DNA from: Heptranchias perlo
Lineage: Eukaryota
Direction of reading: 5' to 3'
DNA: 64,000 bases
Assembly (NCBI RefSeq): GCF_035084215.1
Contig: NW_027139581.1
Location: 2,294,001 to 2,358,000, forward strand
The position numbers and the translations under genes were made by a program. The notes under the pieces were generated by a model. That model searched no databases and had not been told where the DNA came from. It saw only the letters and a list, made by a program, of their open reading frames with translations. Position 1 is the first letter of the stretch. Each line of letters starts with the position of its first letter. Shown here in pieces: positions 37,460 to 49,162 of the stretch.

Positions 37460-38414
37460 CTGTGAAAGAGGAACAAATTGAACACAAAAGTGAAACTCCG
37501 CGATCACATTTACATGAAACGCCCGCATGTTTTGAATATCCGCCAGAATCTGCACCAATTGCATCATTTGAGGATCACAAACAACAATGAAAAGTGAGCC
37601 TCTGCTGATTGTGAGGCCTGACTTGAAATGGGCTCACCGAACCCCAGTCTGGTGCATCCGAAAGTCCGAAGACAGGAAAGTCCATTCGGCCCATCAAGCT
37701 CCATCCACCCAGACTCAGTATAAGGAAATTGTATCATTGACTTCGCCCAACTCCTTGTCGCCACTCCAATAACGAGCACATATTCTCTCCCCTCCCTGTT
37801 CTCAAATAAAGTTCAGGCAAAAATATTAATATCACTGGTCTGGAAATTCCCCCAGGCTACTCCCTGTAAACGGAGTTTCCACTCCACTTCCCACGAAGCC
37901 TCGCAGGCGGAGCGGGAGCAGCTCTGACGAATTTCTCGGCATATAAGTCTGAATATCCATCGAGGCCAAGAGGGGGCTAGATAAAAAATCAGGCGTATAC
38001 GTTTAGAGGAACTGTTAGCAGCAGGGATGGAAAGTTGGTTGGTGGACAGGAAACACAGAGAAACGGTTAACGTGTCCTTCAGATTGGAGAACGGCTGGAA
38101 AGTGAAGTCCTCCTGGAGTCAGTATTCGGGGCACTTCTGTTTACCTACATTCGATGGTTTATACTTGGCAACAGGGAATAAAATCTCGAAAGTTGCTAAC
38201 GACAAAAAAGTACATGATTTGGCAAGCAGCGAGGAGGAATGTAAAAATCGTCATGAAGACAGAGGCAGGATAGGAGAATGGGCGGGCAAGTGGCAGATAT
38301 AATTTAGTAAGTGTGCAGAATGTGGGACTGTATACTCAGGGATCTGAAACTAAGTGTTCGGAAAAGCAAACAGACCTAAAGTGCGAATATATGATTCTTA
38401 AAAATGCGATTGTA

Positions 38415-41400
38415 CACCAACAACATCTTGCATTTCTATCGCGCCTTTAACGTTGTAAAACGTCCCAAGGCGCTTCATAGGAGCGATTATCAAACAAAAT
38501 TTGATACTGAGGGCCATAAGGAGATATTATGACAGGTGAACAAAAGCTTGGTCAAAGAGGTAGGTTTTAAGGAGCTTCTTAAAGGGGAGGGAGAGGTAAA
38601 GAGGCAGAGAGGTTTCGGGAGGGGATTACAGAGTTTCGGGCCAAGACAGCTAAAGGCACGGCCACCAATGGTGGAGCGATTAAAATCGGGGATATGCAAG
38701 ACGCCGGAATTGGAGGAGAACAGAGACCTCGGAGGGTTGTAAGGCTGGAGGAGGTTTCAGAGATCGGGATGAGTGAGGCCATGGAGGGATTTGAAAACAA
38801 GGATGAGAAATTTAAAATCGAGGCGTTCCCGGACCGACAGCCAATGGACGTCAGCGATCAAAGGGGTGATGGGTGAACGGAATTTGGTGCGAGTTAGGAT
38901 ACGGGGGCAGCAGAGTTTTGGATCAGCCCAAGCTTATGGAGGGCGGAAGATGGGAGGCCAGCCAGGAGAACATTGGAATAGTCAAGTCTAGAGGCAATAA
39001 AGGCATGGATGAGGGTTTCAGCAGCAGATGAGCTGAGGCAGTGGAGACGGGTGATGTTACAGAGGCGGAAGTAGGCGGTCTTGATGATGGAGAGGATTTG
39101 TGGTCGGAAGCTCAATTCAGGGTCAAATAGGTCGCCGAGTTTGTGAACGGTCTGGTTCAGCCTCAGAGAGTGGCCAGGGAGAGGGATGGAGTCGGTGGCC
39201 TCGGGAAAGTAGTTAGTGGCGGGGACCAAAGACAACGACTTGTGTCCTCCCAATATTTAGTTGGAGGAATTTTTTGGTCATCCAGCACTGGATGTCGGAC
39301 AAGCAGTGTGATAAATCAGAGACAGTGGAGGGGTTGAGGGAGGTGGTGGTGAGGTCGAGCTGGGTGTCGTCACCGTACATGTGGGATCTGACGTCGTGTT
39401 TTCGTTTGATGTCGCTGAGAGGCAGCATATAGATTAGAAATAGGAGGGGGCCAAAGATAGATCCTTGGGGGACTCCAGAATTAACGGTGCGGGTGCGGGA
39501 AGAGAAGCCATTGCAGGTGATTCTCTGGCTACCAATGGGTAGCTCAGAATGGAACGAGGCGAGCGCAGTCCCGCCCAGCTGGACGACGGAGAAGAGGCTT
39601 TGGAAGAGGATGATGTTGTCAATCGTATCAAAGGCGGCAGGCAGATCGAGAAGGATGAGGAGGGATAGCTTACCACGGCCACAGTCACATAGCATGTCAT
39701 TTGTAGCTATGCTAACCGCCATTTCAGGGCAGAAATCTGATTGGAGGGTTTCATAATGGAGTTGTGGGAAACATGGGGACAGGGATTTGATATTAATCAG
39801 GAAATAAGGGAGGGCTTGTAAAAAAGTTAATGCAATAATCATGGGCGATTTTAACTTTCACAAAGATTGGACAAATCAAATTGGCAAAAATCGCCCTGAG
39901 GAGGAGTTCATAGAGTGTATTAGGGACAGTTTCTTGGACCAATACGTTGGGGAACCAACCAGGGAACAGGCCATTTTGGATCTGTTAATAGGTAACGAAA
40001 CAGGATTAATTAATGATCTCAAAGTAAAGGAACCCTTGGGAAGCAGTGATCATAACATGACAGAATTTCACATCCAGTTTGAGAGCGAGGATCGTGGGTC
40101 TGAAAATATTGTATTGAACTTAAATAAGGGCAACTATAAAGGAATGAGGGCGGAATTGGCTAAAGTGGACTGGGTAAACAGATTAGATGTTCTGATGGTG
40201 GATAAGCTGTGGCAAACATTTAAAAAGAAATTTTAAGACTCGCAACAAAACTATATCCCTGTGAGGATGAAAGACTCCACAAAAAGGGTGAACCAACCAT
40301 AGCTAAGTGAGGAAGTAAAGGATGGTATCAGGTTAAAAGAAAAAGCACACAACATGGCAAAGATTACTAGTAAGCCCGAAGATTGGGAAAACTTTAAAAA
40401 CCAGCAAAGGATGAGTAAAAGAACAATAAAGAGGGAGAACATAAATTATGAGAATCAACTGGCAAGAAATATAAAAACTGACAGTAAAAGCTTCTACAAG
40501 TATTTTAAAAGGAAAAGGGTAGCTAAAGTAAACATTAGTCCCTTCGAGGATGAGACTGGGGAAATAATAATGGAAAACGAGGAAATGGCAGAGGAATTGA
40601 ACAGATATTTTGTATCTGTCTTCACGGTGGAAGACACTAATAATGTACCAACAACAGTAGAAAATCAAGGGGCAAAGGGGAGGGAGGAACTAAAAGCAAT
40701 CATCACTAGAGAAAAAGTACTTGGTAAACTAATGGGTCTAAAGGCTGACAAGTCCCCTGGACCTGATGGCTTGCATGCAAGGTTCTTAAAGCAAGTGGCT
40801 ACAGAGATAGTGGATGCATTGGTTGTAATCTTCCAGAATTCATTAGATTCTGGAAAGTTCCCAGCGGATTGGAAAACCGCAAACGTAACACCCTTATCGA
40901 AGAAGGGAGTGAGACAGAGAGCAGGTAACGAGAGACCAGTTAGCCTAACATCTGTAATTGGGAAAATGCTAGAATCCATTATTAAGGAAGTAGTATCAGG
41001 ACATTTGGAAGCTCATAATACAATCAAGGAGAGTCAACATCGTTTCATGAAGGGGAAATCCTGTCTGATAAATTTATTAGAGTTCTTTGAGGAAGTAACC
41101 GGCAGGGTGGATAAAGGGGAACCAATGGATGCAGTATATTTGGATTTCCAAAAGGCATTCGATAAGGTGCCACATAAAAGATTATTGCATAAGATAAGAG
41201 CTCATGGTGTTGGGGGTTAGATAATGGCATGGATAGAGGATTGGCTAACCATCAGAAGACAAAGAGACAGAATAAAAGGGTCATTTTCAAAATGCCAGTC
41301 TGGAACTATTGGGTTGCCGCAGGGCTCAGTGCTGGGGCCTCACCTATTTACAAAATATATCAATGACTTGGATGAAGGAACAGAGTGTCTTGCAGCCAAA

Positions 41401-42600
41401 CTTGCTGATGATACAAAGATAGATGGAAAAGCAAAGGGATATTGACAGGTGAAGCGAATGGACAAAATTTTGGCAGATGCAATTTCAGGTGGGAAAATGT
41501 GAAGTCATCCACTTTGGGAGGAAAAATAAAAAAGCAAAATATTATTTGAATGGAGAAATACTACAAAATGCTGCGGGAGAGAGGGATCTGGGTGTCCTCG
41601 TACATGAAACACAAAAAGTCAACATACAGGTGCAGCAGGTAATCCGGAAGGCAAACGGAATATTGGCCTTTATTTCTAGGGGTTAGAATATAAAAGCAGG
41701 GAAGTCATGCTACAACTGTACAGGGTGCTGGTGAGACCATACCTGGAGTACTGCGTACAGTTCTGGTGTCCTTATTGAAGGACGGGCATACTTGCATAGC
41801 AGGCAGTTCAGAGAAGGTTCACTCGGTTGATTCCGGGTATGGAAGGTTTGTCTTACGAGGAAAGATTGAACAGGTTGGGTCTGTACTCATTGGAGTTTCG
41901 AAGAATGAGAGGAGATCTTATTGAAACATGCAAGATTCTGAGGGGATTCGATAGGATAGATGCTGAGAGGATGTTACCCCTCATGGGGGAATCTAAAACT
42001 AAGGGGCATAGTCTCAGAATAAGGGGTCGCCCGTTTAAGACAGAAATGAGGACGAATTTCTTCTCCCAGAGGGTTGTGAATCTTTCAAATTCTTTACCCC
42101 AAAAAGCTGTGGAGGCTGAGTCATTGAATACATTCAAGGTTGAGTTAGACAATTTCTTGATCAGCAAGGGAGTCAAAGGATATCGGGAAAGGGCGGGAAA
42201 GTGGAGTTGAGGGAAAAATCAGATCAGCCATGATCTCATTAAATGGCAGAGCAGGCTCGAGGGGCCGAATGGCCTACTCCTGCTCCTATCTCTTATAGTC
42301 TCTTATGGGAGGCGAGAACAAGTTCAAGGACTTTGGAGTGGAAAGGGAGGTTGGAGATGGGGCGGTAGTATTCAAGGGCAGAAGGGTCAAGTGTGGGTTG
42401 TTTTAGTACGAGGGTGATGAGGGCAGATTTGATGGGGAGGGGGTCAGTTCCTGAGGAGATGGAACCGTTAATAATATCAGCTAACATGTATCGTTAACAA
42501 TATCGGCTAACATTGTGGCCAGGAAGGAAATTTGGTGGTCATAAGTTTGGTGGGAATAGGGTCGAGGGAGCAGGAGGTGGTTCTCATGGACAGGATGAGA
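38415..42600 (-). mobile_element. L2 LINE (minus) split by a CR1 insertion: segments 38415-39790 and 42307-42600
   Basis: LLDLPAAFDTID, SGVPQGSIFGPLLF, YGDDTQL, SRLDYSN. Resumes after the CR1 with YRPISNLPF.SKVLE. Confidence 0.88.
39790..42306 (+). mobile_element. CR1 LINE, ~2.5 kb (endonuclease end, RT, 3' tail), nested in the L2
   Basis: MGDFN..PTRE.AILDL..SDHN, KSPGPDG, DFQKAFDKVPH, ADDTK, RRMRGDLIE, and the tail TCTTATAGTCTCTTAT. Has stops and frameshifts. Confidence 0.95.
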
Positions 42601-43010
42601 AGTGGGATATTTAAATCCATCTTTGGCAGTAGCGCAAAATCGACGATAACGAATTGCAGCCCATTTTGCAATCCACCCAACTTTCTTCTCTATTTAATTG
42701 AAGAGGAATTTGTTCAGTGTGGTTGTGATATCGGGGCAGAAATTCAACTTGGGCAGTGGGGCCAAGGGGGCGGTATCGAATCGGCCGCATGTTTGTCGCC
42801 CTGCCTGATATTCACTCCCATTGAAGTATAATGGGAGGCTGATGCAATACCGCCAGTTGTGAGCTACCGCCCAAAGGGTATCAATTCATCATCGTCTGTG
42901 GTGCCAAACGGGTGACAGCCAATCGGTGACCCGTTTTGCACTGCCTTAAATGGAAAAGAAACTCGGGCAGGGGGAAAACGAGTTGCCGATTGGCTGTCGT
43001 TGACTTTGCA

Positions 43011-43211
43011 TTTCTCTCTCATCGTCCAAAGAACGGTCTTTCGAGAAATAATGTCACCTCTTAATGTGAACGCTTTCTCTCTCATGGTCTGAAGAACGGT
43101 GTATAGAGAAATAATGTCACCTCTTAATGTGAACCCTTTCTCTCTCATGGTCTAAAGAACGGTGTATAGAGAAATAATGTCACCTCTTAATGTGAACCCT
43201 TTCTCTCTCAT
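43011..43211. repeat. 63-bp tandem repeat, ~3 copies, in the J-C intron
   Basis: GAGAAATAATGTCACCTCTTAATGTGAA recurs at 43043, 43106 and 43169. Confidence 0.92.
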
Positions 43212-43319
43212 GATGCACCGAACAACTTCTCCCATTTGCTTTCTTGCTGTAATCAAATATTGGGCCAAGTTTCGGGGTAATTTCTGTTTACTCCTAATGT
43301 CCCGTCACTTCAAGATACA

Positions 43320-43407
43320 TAAATAATAATAATAATAATATCAACAACAATAATAATGTGGTAGTAATAATATTATTATTGACAGCAATAATAATAACTA
43401 TTAATAA
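43320..43407. repeat. Imperfect (AAT)n microsatellite
   Basis: Read directly from the sequence. Confidence 0.85.
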
Positions 43408-44488
43408 TGTCAGCCGAGACACGCCTTGCAAATGCGGGTAGGACCTTTGGACCAGAACTGTTCCCTGTCCTATTCTCCCGCCGCCCTCAACACATCTGAG
43501 TCCGGGGTCTCTGTATTATTTGTTTACCGCCTGGCTCGGGTCTCAAATCACCAACACAGATGAACCGTGTAACGTCTATTTGCTAAAGTAGCGCTCTTCC
43601 GTTTCTGAAATGATCTGTGCCATAGCCTCGTCTGCATGGAAACTGTTCAATAAAACACTAAAGGTAGTTTTTTGTCTTCGCTGGCTGGAAATTAAGGTTA
43701 ATCTCAGCGTCGCGCTGAACAACAATCTGGGGTGGGGTGAGGGGTGCAGGGAAATCTGATCGGGAAAACTAGACGTCCCTCACAGAATCCACCTGATCTT
43801 CCTCCTATTTAAACTAATGGAAGTAAAATCGGGAGAGTTTTGTCGCAGGTCTGCAATCCTCTCCACTCAACTTTCCTCTCTGTGCACAGAGCAGGGATTG
43901 TTTAACGCCCGGGCGGGAATCTACACCGACATCTTCACACTTTAACTTCGAAATGTGGAATTCAGAACAATTCAAGTTTAACTGAAACGACACAAGGATC
44001 CGTGTAAAATAGAACGGCGCTTCGTTTAATTATCAGAGACCCTGAATATAACGGAGCAAATGGAGAAACGAGCCTTTGGTTCGAACTTCTAACTACGGCG
44101 GGAGCGCAATACAGGGAAAACCAGGCGTTGTGTAATTCGGAGAGCCCATCCGCTACCGCCCGTTTTACGCCCCGCACAAGTTGAATTTTACCTCCAGAGT
44201 GCTGATAATAAATTAATGTTGATATTAACGTCATTTTAGTTAAACAAATCTGTTTGAAGTTTAAAATTGTTTCTAGTTTCCTTCCAGCCTTACCAGGTCT
44301 GTAGTTTTTAAAATTTAATTAACGAATGTAATTTAATTAAACGAAGATCATTTTGAACATTTCTGCTTGATTTCCAGCAATATCTGCATCGCTGCCTCCA
44401 ACCTTATAATTTCCTCCACTCTGCCGAGTTTATTTCTTGTCTATTTCCAACCTTGTGAAGTCTGAAAGTTCTTTGATTGAAATATATT

Positions 44489-44627
44489 GGTGGTAATTTT
44501 AACTTGGTGGGACAGTGTAAAACTGGTGATTCACGTCATTGGAAATAAAAGTCGGCAGAGATGTTAAACGGGCTGTCGACTCCCCAGCACCCGTTTCGCA
44601 CTGTCTCCCAAAGTCAAAATTACCCCC
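44489..44627. mobile_element. 139-bp MITE with ~40-bp imperfect TIRs and a 3-bp ATT target-site duplication (Harbinger-like)
   Basis: The left end GGTGGTAATTTTAACTTGGTGGGACAGTGTAAAACTGGTG matches the reverse complement of the right end GGGGGTAATTTTGACTTTGGGAGACAGTGCGAAACGGGTG. ATT flanks both ends (44486-44488, 44628-44630). Confidence 0.8.
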
Positions 44628-45294
44628 ATTCATTTTAAAAATTCTGTTTGGCTTCTATACCAGTTTATCTCTTTCTGCTTATGATTTTCGAAACTTCATT
44701 AGTGAAGCCTGTCTCACTCCCTAAAAGAGATAATATACAAAGAGCCAACATTTTTGAACAGTTTTCTGACGATAAAATTGCCTCCATTGAAGAGTAAGTA
44801 CTTAATAAACCCAAAGGTATTTTAAATTGAAATCTATCCAGCCACAGGCTCCACATTGTTCATTAATTAAACATAATATATAAAATCAAGACGAAACCAG
44901 GATACAGCAACTAATTAAAATCTGCAGTGAGACCTTATGGAGCTCAATCACAACTGAATAAGAAAGGCGGTGATTTGTTAAATTAATTGTAACATAATAG
45001 ATTGATTATTCTCCCATCTCTGACATTTTCTCCTGACGGTGTTGTGTATGGGACATTTGTGGAAGGCGGTGTGTGTTTAATTGATTATATTGTAAGTTAA
45101 CATTGATATTAGTTGATGCTGTATTAAATTATAATACAATCCAATATTCATTTTAAACCTGCTTCTGCCCGCAACCTTGCGCATTGTGGAAATGTTAATA
45201 AAATTTTCATGACAGATATTCAATATGAACGAATCGAATATTATACTAATCGATTATAATATATTAGTTTTATGTAAATAAAGGCACAGAAATT

Positions 45295-45530
45295 ATTTTT
45301 AAATAACGCAGCGAGTTGCAATGATTTGGAATGCAGTGAAAGGGCGGTGAAAGCAGATTTAAAAGTAACTTTCAAAATGGAATTTGATAAATACTTGAAG
45401 GGAAAAAACAAAGTTATGAGGAAAGAGCAGGGGAATGGGACTGATTGGATATCTCTTTCAAAGAGCTGGCAGAGGCACGATGGGCCGAATGGCCTCCTCC
45501 TGTGCTGCACCTACTATGATACTATGATGC
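45295..45530 (+). mobile_element. CR1 3' tail fragment
   Basis: FKMEFDKYLKGK followed by the GGCACGATGGGCCGAATGGCCTCC tail. Confidence 0.8.
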
Positions 45531-46112
45531 ATCGAGCTTCTAATAATTTTATGCTCTGTCTCTAAACAATTAGAATCTCTGTAGTTTTCTGAGCTCACTG
45601 AAATAAGACAGACTCTGCGGATTTTCACAGTGTCTTTCACATGATGGAGTCAGGAGTGGATTTTAAAGCAGTTTTCCACACGGCCGAGCGAGTACTCTGC
45701 ACTCATAAAGAATTTCAGTATATGCTGAAAGGAGCCCGATGTACATGATCTCGTACTGAGCCCAAAGCATTTGGGACGACATTATAACCGAGAACTGCAT
45801 TAGCCAGATGTTATCAAATTAAACATTGCAGAAACAAAAATAAACACAGTTCAGCATCAGGTTTCTAGTTTGAAATAACCCATACCAGCAGATAAACAAG
45901 ATCCCACAATAATCAAGGAGAAATGCAGGAGTAAAACAGCTGCTTTGATTTATAAAACTCAGATGCACAATCAAAAGTTACACACCAATAAATCTAAGGA
46001 AACAGTACCAACTTCACAGGATTATGGAAATAATTAACTATTAAAACAACACGAAATATAAGATTAAACATACAAATTAAACACTGCGACTAAATTAGTG
46101 CATGTTTCTTAC

Positions 46113-46160
46113 CTGCAGTCACCGTCACCATGGTCCCTTGTCCCCAGTAGCCCCAGTAAT
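46113..46160 (-). CDS. IGHJ: IgH J segment
   Basis: ATTACTGGGGCTACTGGGGACAAGGGACCATGGTGACGGTGACTGCAG|GTAAG encodes YWGYWGQGTMVTVTA. The phase-1 donor fits Cmu1. Confidence 0.95.
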
Positions 46161-46199
46161 CACTGTGTTACATTCCTTCACCTGGGTCACACAATAAGG
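46161..46199 (+). promoter_or_regulatory. J recombination signal (23-RSS)
   Basis: CACTGTG, 23-nt spacer, ACAATAAGG. Confidence 0.85.
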
Positions 46200-46546
46200 G
46201 GCTCTGCATACGGTATAGAAAACAGTCTACATTATTTTAAGTTTTGACATTCCAGAGGCAAGTAATGTTACGATAGATTTATGTGATATTAAAAATCATT
46301 ATATACAGCAACAAATGGTCACATTTGATTGTTTATAAATTACTTTGATGTTTGCTATGTCATACATTATTTGATGAACATTTTTCCAAATCGCCAACAA
46401 TTTCGTGAATAATTGTTATAGTTGATCTGCCTAATTCTCGCCAGGACTGCAATGCGAGATAGCAATACATGAATATTCCTTTAATACATTCGCAGTTATA
46501 TTCCAACCGGAGCACTGCCTCAGTTTCACCACATGAATGTTGAAAG

Positions 46547-46615
46547 GGTTTTTGTATTGACAATTAATGCTGTGCCACCCAGTTATACACCATGATACAC
46601 ACCGTGTCAAATACT
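46547..46615 (-). other. D2 segment (46575-46587, TATAACTGGGTGG) flanked by 12/12 RSSs
   Basis: Plus strand: GGTTTTTGT-12-TGCTGTG [D] CACCATG-12-TCAAATACT. Confidence 0.9.
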
Positions 46616-46932
46616 GCTGCTAATATATAGCTTTGGTATGTAGATCTAAATTCCAAACAGCTTACAAAAAACTCGACACAGATCCACCAGTGGATGCATT
46701 AATGTGATGCTTGTATCAGTATAACTTGTTATATGTTTATAAAAAGCCACGTTTTACTGTTAAGACACACAACCAGTCTTTGCATGGAATTTAAATTCGT
46801 CACTTCAATGTACCCTTTATATCTGGTTTTATAAACTTGGAGATATTTCTGACAGTGATATATATGGAATGACACTAATGTTGCTGTTCATGATGGTTTT
46901 GTGATCACAGATTTCAGCAGGATCCCGCTCAG

Positions 46933-47013
46933 TGTTACTGTATGACGAGATGTCGATATGAAGCACTGTGGATCCACTGTAGTATCACAATGACACACGC
47001 CAGCACAAATACT
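46933..47013 (-). other. D1 segment (46971-46985, ATACTACAGTGGATC) with a V-facing 12-RSS and a D2-facing 22-RSS
   Basis: Plus strand: TGTTACTGT-22-CACTGTG [D] CACAATG-12-ACAAATACT. This is the 12/22 layout known for shark D1. Confidence 0.9.
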
Positions 47014-47387
47014 GCACTCGCTCTCTGTTCAGCACTGTCTGTCAAAATTCACTTTCAAAAAACCTTTATTGGGACTGCAACCTGACGAGAAGTTCACTCA
47101 GGGTGACAGAAAGAGAACACATCTGTGCACATCAGCGACCAGTGGTGGAATATATTGAAACAAGTATTAACTTCAAATTTCCATTCCTCACACATAGAAG
47201 TGCTGGACATACAGCAGAGTCCCTTCTCCTCATTATTACAACAGTTCATATTTTATATCAGTTAACTGTCCTTAAACAAGGTGCTTTGGTAAGAAATACC
47301 GTCTATTTGAAAGTACTACTATTAACATTGCACTTTATTTAATTACTAACCGTCAGGTTATAGTTGGAACGGTTGGATTTCTCCTCC

Positions 47388-47426
47388 TGTTTTTGTACAG
47401 GTCCAGCCCCGGACTCCCTCCCCGTG
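47388..47426 (-). promoter_or_regulatory. V recombination signal (23-RSS)
   Basis: CACGGGG, 23-nt spacer, ACAAAAACA. Confidence 0.88.
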
Positions 47427-47726
47427 GGTCTCTTGCACAGTAATACATGGCGGTGTCTTCGGTCTTCAAATTAGTCATTTTCAGATAAAAGGTCGTGCTG
47501 TCTTTGGAAGGGGTGAATCGATCTTGAACTCCGGGTGCGTAATAATTAGTTGAGGGGTTAAGATAGGTCAGTAACCACTCCAGCCCTTTCCCTGGAACTT
47601 GCTTAACCCAAGCCATGTAATAGCTGTTGACATCGAACCCAGTCACCGAACAGGACAGTGTCTGAGTCTCCGTGGGCTTTGCGGTAACGGAATCCGATTG
47701 AGTCAGCACGATGTTGCATTGGACAT
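47427..47726 (-). CDS. IGHV: IgH V exon with IgW-like sequence
   Basis: Acceptor TTTTTTTCTCCCACTGTCAG. Encodes (Y)[52 protein letters not shown]...[30 protein letters not shown]. Canonical Cys/Trp/Cys and GLEW are intact. Confidence 0.96.
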
Positions 47727-48015
47727 CTGACAGTGGGAGAAAAAAGATCGGATGTCAATTAAAACAGGCAACATTAAAGATGGTCATAAAAGTAAAACAG
47801 AATATTTAAAAGCGAGAACTGGGTTAATCATCCCTCTTCTCGTTCTTTTTATACAATATCTTACATGAATTGTTGATGATTTAATTTTGTTGTAATGCTG
47901 GAGAACTGATAAATCGGTTCTTTCCTGACGTATTTGCAATTTCGCTAAGATAATCTTCACATTGTAATCAGAGGAAATTCCCCCACCCAGAGCTGAAAAG
48001 GGAACGAGTACTCAC

Positions 48016-48061
48016 AGGTAAAGTAAGACAGAAGTAAACAGAGGTAGAAGCCAAGCGCCAT
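48016..48061 (-). CDS. IGHV: IgH leader exon
   Basis: ATG gives MALGFYLCLLLSYFT plus T|GTGAG (46 nt, phase 1), in frame with the V exon across a 289-nt intron. Confidence 0.92.
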
Positions 48062-48136
48062 CGTTTGCTTTCTTGATCAAACTCTCTGCTCCCCAGAACA
48101 GCCTCCCGATTGCTGACCTGAAGCCGAGCGCTCCAC

Positions 48137-48278
48137 TATTTAAACTGCCTGGAGCTCCGTGAGCTAAAGCCCGGGGCTGGAAATCATCCGCCTCCTTCAG
48201 CAGTAGTTTGGCTCCTCCTCTCTTTTCCTTTCTCAACTCAACGATCTGATTTTCGATCAACAAAAAATTTGCACCAAT
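48137..48278 (-). promoter_or_regulatory. VH promoter: TATA-like box, near-octamer and inverted CCAAT
   Basis: TTTAAATA at 48137-48144, ~75 nt upstream of the ATG. GTGCAAAT (7/8 match to ATGCAAAT) at 48267-48274, abutting CCAAT on the other strand. Confidence 0.55.
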
Positions 48279-49023
48279 AATCCATTTTCTGTGCTCACCT
48301 CTCAAAACTACTTTTGCTTTGTATTGGCTAGTTATCGATCTGGATAATACAGTTAATCCAAAAAAAAATTAGTTTAAAAGACAGTACAAGGAGTCTGATT
48401 CTCCCCACATTTTTATTCCCTATACTGTTGGTGTCAGTGAATAGAATGCAAAAGGAGAGAGGAAGTGATTATTATTGTCCCAATTCTATAGGATGTTTAA
48501 CAAACTTTGGGAAACTATTGCCTTTATTTTCAGGTATCAGATATCGTTTCTATGCAGTTCTTTACTGAATGTGAGCTCTCCCCATCATTCGGGCCACTGA
48601 GACTAACTTTACTATCGGTAGTGGGGTAAAATTACTGATATTGAACGATTGTAAATTGTGAAGCAATCCACCTGTCTGTGCAGGGGTCTTCACAGTTTCT
48701 CCAAAACTGTCACCCTCAGAATTAAATTCTCAAACGCCTTGCTTTCTAATGAGAATTACCATATTGCACATTGTAAATGTCCTGAATACTACAAAATTAA
48801 AGACTATTGAAAAGTGTGAAACAAAAAAAAATAAACGTAGACATTGTTTTGTTAATGTTAGTTCGTTTTTTAAATTTTTACAAGGAAAGTGAGATTATTA
48901 GTTCCCATGTTCTAGTTAAAGGTCTGATCTTTGATCCATTGTTGGATTAATCAGAGATGCAGCTGTTTTGGTTCCAGTGAACGTGACTCCCAGCGCTGGG
49001 TAGAATTCGTGTCGTGGGGAACA

Positions 49024-49162
49024 NNNNNNNNNNNNNNNNNNNNNNNNNNNNNNNNNNNNNNNNNNNNNNNNNNNNNNNNNNNNNNNNNNNNNNNNNNNNN
49101 NNNNNNNNNNNNNNNNNNNNNNNNNNNNNNNNNNNNNNNNNNNNNNNNNNNNNNNNNNNNNN
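49024..49162. other. N gap (139 nt)
   Basis: Run of N. Confidence 0.99.

Noticed and set aside
46640-47065. Additional D segments suggested by nonamer-like sequences at ~46664, ~46895 and ~47055
   Set aside because: No CAC heptamer at 12 or 22/23 nt spacing.
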